A stretch of DNA of 32,000 nt from an uncultured bacterium (GTDB lineage: Bacteria; Margulisbacteria; WOR-1; CAVSGV01), in assembly GCA_963699255.1 (NCBI GenBank), contig OY969425.1, positions 150,001-182,000 of the forward strand, given 5' to 3'. The translations under genes and the position numbers were made by a program. Position 1 is the stretch's first letter. Every line of letters starts with the position of its first letter. The notes under the pieces were generated by a model, which worked only from the letters and a program-made list of their open reading frames with translations, ran no database searches and was not told the DNA's origin. Of the stretch, positions 19,910 through 28,300 are shown one piece after another.

Positions 19910-19978
19910 CTTACGGCTGACTGCTCACAGCTAACGGCTAAAAGCCGTGTGCTGTAGCCGCAGGGCGTGCCGTAAGCT
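19908..19978. repeat. Intergenic inverted repeat, AGCTTACGGC ... GCCGTAAGCT
   Basis: 10-nt arms at 19908-19917 and 19969-19978, with smaller related motifs (AGCTAACGGCT, AGCCGT) between. Confidence 0.6.
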
Positions 19979-19994
19979 GTCAGCTAAATCTCAT

Positions 19995-20022
19995 GCAAGT
20001 TTTTCGCAAGTTATCCCGATAA
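19995..20022 (+). promoter_or_regulatory. Candidate sigma-28/sigma-D-like promoter (copy 2): GCAAGTTT-N12-CCCGATAA
   Basis: Shares the 12-mer CATGCAAGTTTT with three other copies, same 12-nt spacer; no substantial ORF immediately after it. Confidence 0.5.
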
Positions 20023-20096
20023 TATGTCCGTAGGAGAAGGTGTGTCAGCCCTGGAGTAATGGGGCTGCATATTTCAGGGTCAGCGATGAAGCGGCA

Positions 20097-20124
20097 TGAA
20101 ATCTTTTCTGGATTTTGACGATAT
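20097..20124 (+). promoter_or_regulatory. Candidate sigma-28/sigma-D-like promoter (copy 3): TGAAATCT-N12-GACGATAT
   Basis: Same spacing; 26 nt from -10 start to ATG 20143. Confidence 0.5.
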
Positions 20125-20142
20125 ATATAGAGAGGGAGAAAT

Positions 20143-20481
20143 ATGAGCATAGTTCCGATGAACCAAAGTACAAGTAAATTTGACCCGTTGTCACAAGCCG
20201 GGATTGATTATTTTAATGCCAGGAAAGCTCAGTCAAAAGCATTGCAGGACGGCATCGCCGGCGCGCTTGACATAGCGAGGATAGCTACACCGGGACCGAA
20301 TGTTAATACCAGGAACGATTACACTGGCAGCCAGGACCCGGCTACGGCTATAATCAGGTTTTTATATAAGTTGGGGGTTTTCGGAGGCGAGGATCTACCA
20401 GGCACGCAGGTTTATTCGACCGATGCGGGCAGTTCGCAAGGATATGCAACGCCAAAACCCAAAATTGATACTGAGAGATGA
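20143..20481 (+). CDS. Unknown 112-aa protein, no apparent Sec signal
   Basis: ATG after AGGGAG; MSIVPMNQSTSKFDPLSQAGIDYFNARKAQSK...; first gene of a tight three-gene set. Confidence 0.65.
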   Translation: MSIVPMNQSTSKFDPLSQAGIDYFNARKAQSKALQDGIAGALDIARIATPGPNVNTRNDYTGSQDPATAIIRFLYKLGVFGGEDLPGTQVYSTDAGSSQGYATPKPKIDTER

Positions 20482-20497
20482 ACTTAGTGGAGCATAA

Positions 20498-20749
20498 ATG
20501 ACGACCGACATAATAATAGACCAGATAAGGACCCATTGGTGGATCCTGCTTTTTATAATATGCATGGTTTCATATTTTGTTTATTCCTTTATTAAGGAAG
20601 CCATGGAGCTTAAGGCGGTAAAAGACAGGAAGAAGGCGCTTGAAAAGGAACTGGACGGCTTGAAGGCTCAGTACAATGAAGAGGCGAAAAAGCTTGAAGG
20701 TAAAATGGAAGAACGGAAAAAATTCTATCGAGGGGGAAAAAGGCAGTGA
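20498..20749 (+). CDS. Small protein with one N-terminal TM helix and a coiled-coil tail
   Basis: WWILLFIICMVSYFVYSFIKE followed by charged helix LKAVKDRKKALEKELDGLKAQYNEEAKKLEGKMEERKK; 4-nt overlap with the next gene. Confidence 0.7.
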   Translation: MTTDIIIDQIRTHWWILLFIICMVSYFVYSFIKEAMELKAVKDRKKALEKELDGLKAQYNEEAKKLEGKMEERKKFYRGGKRQ

Positions 20750-22146
20750 GCGGCGAACTTCAACCGGTAGTGAGCAATAATCCTAACGGGACCAATTTGG
20801 GGAATACCGCCATTCCTGATAACCAATTTGATCCGAATGATCTTGTGGATTTTGCCAATCTGAAAAAGCAAATAGACGGCAATAAGGACGGAATTAGCCT
20901 TACAACTCTGAAGACCTTTCAAAGCCTGGATAAAGTGACACAAAAGTTGAAGGAGGAATTTAAAGGGCTTGGTATTGGCGAGAGTGAAATTCATGCATGG
21001 CTTGCAAAAATGATCACGAAGCAGCTGGCTGATCCGGGATCGTATCCGCTGAATCCCTCTGATTTCAATATACTTAAATGGGTTAAGATAGGGCGGAGGG
21101 AGGTTCGCGCGCTGGTAAATTCGGTACGTAACGACCTCAGCTTTTTCCAGAAAATAACCAGTACTCTTTCCGTTCATAAGGTGACCCGCGCCGCGTTCCA
21201 TGAATTATTCGTCATGAACGAAAATGATACCGCTCCCATTGACGGCTCAAAAGACCTGTTCCATGAATTATTCCACAGGGAGACCGTTGACCTTGATCAC
21301 TTCAAGACCACACTTGAAGATGAGGTGTTCCCTTTTGCCCAATCCGTATCTCCCCGCAACGCGCTCTCAAGGACGCTGCGGCTTCTGTCCGCAAGAAGGT
21401 TCATCATGATCGATTCAAACCACATGTCGGATTGCGTTAAAACAGCGTTGTATAATCTGGCACTGTCAAGGATCGAGAAAGAATTTCCTCCCGCACAGGA
21501 CAAAGATAAGCCGGATAACGCGAAGACCAGGAAAGACCTGCTGAAAGAGATCGCCGACTATCTTAACGGAAAGAAAGACGGTGAAAACAACGATATTTTC
21601 GATGTTTTGGGGATCACGCAGAGGCCTCCGGAGAAATTACCCCCGAAGAAACTTGATCCGAACTGCAGGGCGCAGGAACTGCATGATAAATATTTTAGCG
21701 GAGTGGAAGGATCGGCCCTGGTCGAGTCTATTGGTTATGCGTATTTCACGGGTCTCGCATCGGGCAAAACCGGCGTAAAAGATGTTTTTTCTTCGGCCGG
21801 GCTGAACACCATATGGGGGAGGCTTGTTCGTGATCTTGAACTGAAGGGCGGGAGCGAAATGGAATTCAACAGGAAGATCAAGAACCATTACGAAAAACAG
21901 GGAGAAGCTATGGATCATATGGTCACATCGCTCCTTGACGACTACGGATTGATGGATAACCCCGCTGACGGCGAAACGGATCCAGTCCAGGCGTGGAGCG
22001 GCAACGAGAAAATAATTGATATCGGCCCTTCCCACGAGACCCCGTTCTATCCGTGGGTCAACTGGGTAGTAAAGCATCCTGATGAGGTCGGCAAAAAGGA
22101 TATTGCGACGCCGCCCAAACCGACGGAGCAAGGGATACCTGAATAA
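20746..22146 (+). CDS. Unknown 466-aa mainly helical, signal-less protein (GTG start)
   Basis: Continuous ORF, GTG overlapping the upstream stop, short gap to the next promoter-like site; no family recognised. Confidence 0.75.
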   Translation: MSGELQPVVSNNPNGTNLGNTAIPDNQFDPNDLVDFANLKKQIDGNKDGISLTTLKTFQSLDKVTQKLKEEFKGLGIGESEIHAWLAKMITKQLADPGSYPLNPSDFNILKWVKIGRREVRALVNSVRNDLSFFQKITSTLSVHKVTRAAFHELFVMNENDTAPIDGSKDLFHELFHRETVDLDHFKTTLEDEVFPFAQSVSPRNALSRTLRLLSARRFIMIDSNHMSDCVKTALYNLALSRIEKEFPPAQDKDKPDNAKTRKDLLKEIADYLNGKKDGENNDIFDVLGITQRPPEKLPPKKLDPNCRAQELHDKYFSGVEGSALVESIGYAYFTGLASGKTGVKDVFSSAGLNTIWGRLVRDLELKGGSEMEFNRKIKNHYEKQGEAMDHMVTSLLDDYGLMDNPADGETDPVQAWSGNEKIIDIGPSHETPFYPWVNWVVKHPDEVGKKDIATPPKPTEQGIPE

Positions 22147-22252
22147 CAGTTAGCCGCAAGTAAACCGGTATAACTTCTCCGGGCGTTTTTTTGAGTATTA
22201 CTTCTTACGCATTTTAAGCCTTTTTTAGCCCTATTTTTCTTATAAAACCCAT

Positions 22253-22280
22253 GCAAGTTTTCCCCTGTTCTCCCCGATAT
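22253..22280 (+). promoter_or_regulatory. Candidate sigma-28/sigma-D-like promoter (copy 4): GCAAGTTT-N12-CCCGATAT
   Basis: CATGCAAGTTTT 12-mer at 22250-22261; 31 nt from -10 start to ATG 22304. Confidence 0.58.
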
Positions 22281-22303
22281 ATATAGTGTAAAGGGGAGAC
22301 AAA

Positions 22304-25300
22304 ATGCCGGAAATAAACATACAACAAGTTACCGATATTCCTCAAACCGACGCCACCAGCGATGTTGCTGGCGGCGCTGATGTTTCCGCGGCCTATATAG
22401 CTTCCGACGTACAGACCGCCCCAGATGTGAACGCGTCCATCGGCATTGACAGCGTAGCGGTCTCGTCCGGCGTTTCCACATCTCAGGTTGGCGTTGGCGG
22501 CGCTGTTGAGCAGGAAGAATCCTCAAATTACATCCAGAGCGATGTTGAGACGGCTTCACAATCCGGTCAGCTCGAATATGACATGAACTCCCTTGCGAAA
22601 ATAAATGACTCCTACAAATACATCGATCCAACCGCTTCCGGGATACAGTCGATACTGGCCAATCTATATGCGAACGGGACCATAAACAGCGGCATGTCCG
22701 AGGAAGAAGTCGTTCTTGCCATTAACACATACGTTTTCAGCAATTACTCGTACATAGCTGATACGGGTGATACCTGGAATTCCGTTTCGCAGACCATAAA
22801 GAACGGGGGAGGCGACTGCGAGGACTTCGCGAACCTGGCAGCCAGCCTGATGACAGCCGCATTATTGGACAGAGGACTTAGCCAGGAAGAAATAAACAAA
22901 AAGATCGATTGTGTTGTTGTTGCCGATCCCAACACCGGGTTGGGCCACGTTTATGTGCAGTATACCGGCGATGATGGCTCCATAAAATATCTGGACCCTG
23001 TTTCTGCAAGGGTAACGACTTCAATAGACAGCTCCAAGGTCGTTCTCTTCAGCTACAGCGATGAGAACGTGGATGTCATTGATGAAAACTTCGATTTCTC
23101 AAGGCTTGACACGGCCAGTTACACGATTCCGGCGGACACCGCCACCTATATCCAGGTCCTCCCTGGTGAGTTCCAGAATTACTGGGAGTCGCTGCTGGGC
23201 ATGGAGGACTCCGCGGCCCACGACAATGCCATCGGAATTTACCAGTCGTTACAGGACCTTATTAACGCAGTTAATGCGAAATACGGCAGCTGGGACAACG
23301 GCGTGACCACGACGGCTGATCTGGATACGATCAATGCTTTTCTTGCTAAACTGGATAGCAATTATATTCAGGACTATGATACGGTAGTTAAGCCGTTCCA
23401 GGACCAGTATGAGGCGATATTGACCAAGCTCGGCGTGGACACATCTCCATATAACCCGGACGCAACCGCATATTCTACCGCAATGCTCAATTATTTTACT
23501 ACCATGAATACATATATATTCGCTTATTGCTGGCACACAACAACTTATAAAGAATGGAGCCAGAGCGGCAAAACAATGAACGGCGTATCGGATGACCTTA
23601 TAGCTATCGAATATTTGAAGAACGGCATTTCGACCCTTGAAGATTTTAAAGCCAAGCATCATGACCAGATAATAGAGACCGCGGCTGACCCTACAAAGGG
23701 AACGGCCGAGGTGGATTGGTCAAACGATTATATATATGACAACATTTACTTTAAAAATCCCAACGGCGGAAATGTATGCACCGTGAGGCAGGGTTTAGCG
23801 GCCATTCAGGCGTATGTTTCGTATGTTGACGCGACCAAAACATGGAACTTCATGTCCCTTGCATATCCCGGAGAAGCCCGCGTGGCCAAATATTGCGGGT
23901 ATGCGGACAAATACCACACCAGCTTTAAAACGACCAATGATTATCTGGCATCCATCACCAGCTTCCTGGAACAGGCGGAGTACGGTGTGGGGGTGCTGGA
24001 CAAGGATCTGGAGGAGTTGGACAGCGCGATAGATGTAATAAATGCCGATGCGACCGTTACCGACGACCAGACCAATTATAATTCCGCTGATGCAAAGTTC
24101 AACAACTGTACCGATGCTGCGGCAAATGATGCTGTAAACCTTTATTGGAATGGCGAAGCAGATTATCTCACTTCAGGAAACCCCGACAACAGTCTGTTAC
24201 AGGTCACTGATGAGAAGACGAGAAATGCAAACCTGGAAGCTCTTTATAAACAGGCCAGCTCTTATGACCAGGGCCAGATGTATGCGGGTTCAAACCAGGC
24301 GGATGTTGAAGCGGCCCTGGAATATTATGTTGAATTCAAGACTGCAGACAAGGCTCTGACGGAGGCGAAAACAACACAGGCCACCTTAAGGGCTGACTTC
24401 AAGGCGATGTACAAGAACGCGGATGGCAGTGAAATGTCCGACGCGGACCTTGACAATGTTCTGAACGACTATCAATCCGAATATATGAGCAAAGATACCG
24501 ACCCCTCAAGCACCACTTATGGCTACTGGGAGATCAATCAGGATGCATCGCTGTTCACCGAAAAGATAAAAGAAGCGAGCATGTTGAAAGGGTACCTGAC
24601 CGGAATATCTCTTATATATGAGGCAAGGAGGGACCTGAGAAAACTGGTCGAGGAAGAACTGGAGGGGGAAGGCGACGACTACAAGGCGATGGAGATAAAC
24701 AAGCTGTTCATGAAAAAGGTGAACAAGCTGACGGAATATATCCAGCAGACGATCGTTGATGTGTTGTCGGCAATAAACTCCCTTGACCAGGCCAAGTATG
24801 ATCAGGATGTAAGCGACATAAACACAAAATATGATAAAAAGGCGGAAGAAATAAAGAAGAACGACGCGCTCAAGTGGTATCAGTTCTGCGAGGACGACAA
24901 CACGCAAGAGGATCTCCTTAAAAATGACGATGCGAGGTATGGCGAAATCAACGCTGCGGATGATAAGTTCAAGGCGGTAAAAGAAAAACAACTGAACATC
25001 GTCAAGCACCTGCTGTCGGAGACCGGAATGACGGTTTCGGGGACAACGGGAGATGAAATATGGGCTTCCATAAATAAACAGATTAACACTTCGCTGGACA
25101 ATATGGATAATTACAGCCGCGCCACGCTTAACACGAGCGATGACTCCCAATACCGCGAAGTGGACAGAAATCTGGTAAGTTCTGAGAGGGCAAGCCTGCT
25201 GGGCGTCTTCGGTATTCAAAGGATGATACTTATAGCAAGGCAGGCGGGAAGCGACATGAGGAACCTTGTTCATCAGGAGATGACGGGGATCGGCGGCAGG

Positions 25301-28300
25301 CAGTCAAGAACGGATGTTGCTGCAGATATGGTTTCGGCCGACTCCAATATGGTGATGACCTGGTTCGATGAAGCGGTGAGCGACATAGAAACAATAACGA
25401 ACCTCGGCAACCAGATCAGGTATAACGAGATACAGATAGAGAAGAACCAAAAGCTGATCGAGAAGATAGATTCGCAGAAATCGAAAAGATTATGGGGGCA
25501 TATTTTTGAGGCACTTGCCTTTGTGGCGGCGGTCGTCGCGATATGGGTCCCTATAGTCGCGGTCGTCGCGATCGCGTTTGGCGTTGTTTCGGCTGTTTTG
25601 AAGGCGTCCGCAAATAAAGCGGTGGCGGATGAGAAAGCAAAACTGGAAAAAGACTATAGCTACCAGGTGATAAAGCCGACGGATCCGGTCTTTGAAAAGA
25701 AGCTCAATGCGATGAGCGGGTTAACGGACGAACAAAAGAAAGAGATACTGCAGAATTATGATCCGAACTCGACGACATTTAAGGGTAATTTGGATAAGGT
25801 CAGCGGCTTAAGCGCGGAGCAGAAGGATGAAATATTGAACGCGGCTGATCCGAGCCGGGCAGCCTATGAGAAGACCATTAATGCCGACACTTCCTTAACT
25901 GAAAAACAAAAAGAAGCTCTAATTAACGCGTATGACCCGAATGAAGAGATCTTTAAAAAGAACCTGGCGAATCTCAACGCGTCCACCTCGGCCCCGTGGT
26001 ATGAGTTCTGGAAAAGCGACACGCCGGGATTGGGGTTAAGCGACTCCCAGATCACCATGATAACCGACGCGTATGAAGGGAATACCTTCATGCTCAGTAT
26101 TGATTCTAGTACTATATTAACCGAAGCTCAAAAGAAAGAGATAAGGAATGCATATGATAAGGACAGGGTGACTTTTGAATCGAATTTAGACAGCCTTGGT
26201 TTAAGCGATGACCAGATAAGCGCGGTAATGAAGGCATATGATGAGCAGACTGACAATTCGGCGAACGATAAGAATTATTCAGATGATAATATCATCAATA
26301 CGGCGTTGAATTCAGATAACTCGACGCAGGACATACTTTGGAACATGAACGATGCCAACTATCTGTCCTTTATGAATGACGGGCACGCAGGCTCATACGC
26401 GGGATCATCTGCGTTTAACACGGTCAAGTTCGCGAGCACCCTGGAGAACATAAAGGCCAATGACCTGATCGTCATGGTCGCCGAATCTTGCAGGGAGACG
26501 ATGGCCGAGATGAGGAACCTGGTGCATGAGGAAATGACCTCTATCGGGGGAAGGTCGCCGTCAAGCATGGTAACGGCCACGATGGAAGCGGCCAGAGGTC
26601 AGGAAGCTTTCATCGCGAATGAAATGTACATGAAGCTGTGGGACATGAACACCTCGAACAATCAAAGGTTCGAGAGGGACCAGAAGCTGAGGCTCTATCA
26701 GCAAATGGCAGATGAGGCGGATGTGACCTTTGGTCTGAGCTTTATCCCTATTGTCGGAGGGCCGGTGGGGGATTTTTATTCGAACCTGAGCGGTATGAAG
26801 GATCAGAGGAACCAGCTGGAGGAGACAAGCAATGAAAAATTTGATGCAAATCCCGACCTGGAAGAAGCGGATCTTAACGCTTTAGTCGAGGATGGTCTGA
26901 TAAATACGGGGAATGACACAAAAGGGGTTAATTATGAGAAAGTATCCAATGCTCGAACCGCGGTCGCAAAGGAATTCATAAAGGAAAGCGTTGAAGCGAC
27001 GATAAAGAAGACCCTGCATGAGCTAAGAAGCATCGCTCACATGGAAATGACGAATATCCAGAGCAGCACGGGCACGGATTTTGCCAGCCAGGCTAATATC
27101 GTGAACTTCACGTCGGCACTGGAGACCATTTCACTTGTCACCCAATACCTTACCCAGAAGGCGGAGATAATGAACAGGGTCACCGAGGCGAACCAGAGCA
27201 TCTCAAAGCTGAACAAGCAGATCACAAACTATGAGATCGGGGGAGGGATAGCCCTGGCGGTCGCGATCGTGGTATCTGTTTTCATGCCCGGCGGGTTTGA
27301 CTCTGTTCTGGCCGCTCTTGATACCCTTCAACTTGCTTCCTCCGTTGGCAGTTTTGTTCTCGGGGTATTCAGCACTATAAACGCGTGGATCGAAGCGAAA
27401 TTCGCAGCTCAGCTGGCAAAGGACGACATGGGCGATGTCGCCGAATACCTGGAGATACAGGACATGAACAATGAGAACATCGATTCCACCCAGAACAGGC
27501 TGGAGGCTCTTGAACAGAACAGCATAAATGAAATAAACGCGAGCCTGCTTCAGGACCTTGGCTCCGGATACATAGGAGTGAACAAGGCGCTTTCGTCAGA
27601 GTTTAAGACCTTAATAGAACAGCTTTACAGGGCAGAGAGAAGTCAATCGGAGATCCAGCAGACCCTTGAGGCGTTAAGGAATACCGTGCACGAGGCAATG
27701 ACCGGAATATCCGGCGTGTCCAGCAACGCGACCATGTCTATTCTTGACATGAAGGAAAAGGCAATAAAGGCGAAGATAGACGACATGTTCAGCAAGCTTG
27801 AAGAGGTGGCGACCAGGTGGAACCAGATCTCGGATGCCCAGAGAGCGGCGGAAAAAGCCAGAATGCAGGCATGGACGACCACTCTCAGCACCATTATACA
27901 GGGCATCATAATTGCGATATCGCTTTATAGCGCGTTCGGTAAGGAGCCGGCGGCGAAAGATAAAGTTGATGCGGCGCAAAATGACGTGGATAGTGCACAG
28001 ACCCCTGATGAATTAGATGCGGCGGAAGGTGAGCTTCGTGATGCCCAAGCCGACTATCAAGCCCTTCAAAGCAGGGTCGCGCTATACACCAATGTTTGCC
28101 TCCCCGCGGCGGAGATCCTGATCAAGCTGGCTATGGCCTTTATAGAAAAAGATGAAATGCAAGGCGTTCAAAAGACAAGGGAAGAGGAAGTATCGAATGC
28201 GGGGGTCACGAAGGTTACGAAGGACGCAGGCGAGACGGTGAAAGAGGGCGTTGCGGGAGCCGGCCTTAATGGGTTTGCGGCGAGGGGCCAGGCGGTAGCC

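Noticed and set aside
20878-20913. EF-hand/dockerin-like loop DGNKDGIS in the 20746 ORF
   Set aside because: The hydrophobic residue and the position-12 acidic ligand do not fit the loop, and it is a single occurrence.
22329-27979. Many antisense and shifted-frame ORFs inside the giant gene (e.g. 24506..25273 -)
   Set aside because: All are embedded in a single 2620-aa ORF with clear repeated protein motifs; the alternatives have atypical composition and no recognisable features.
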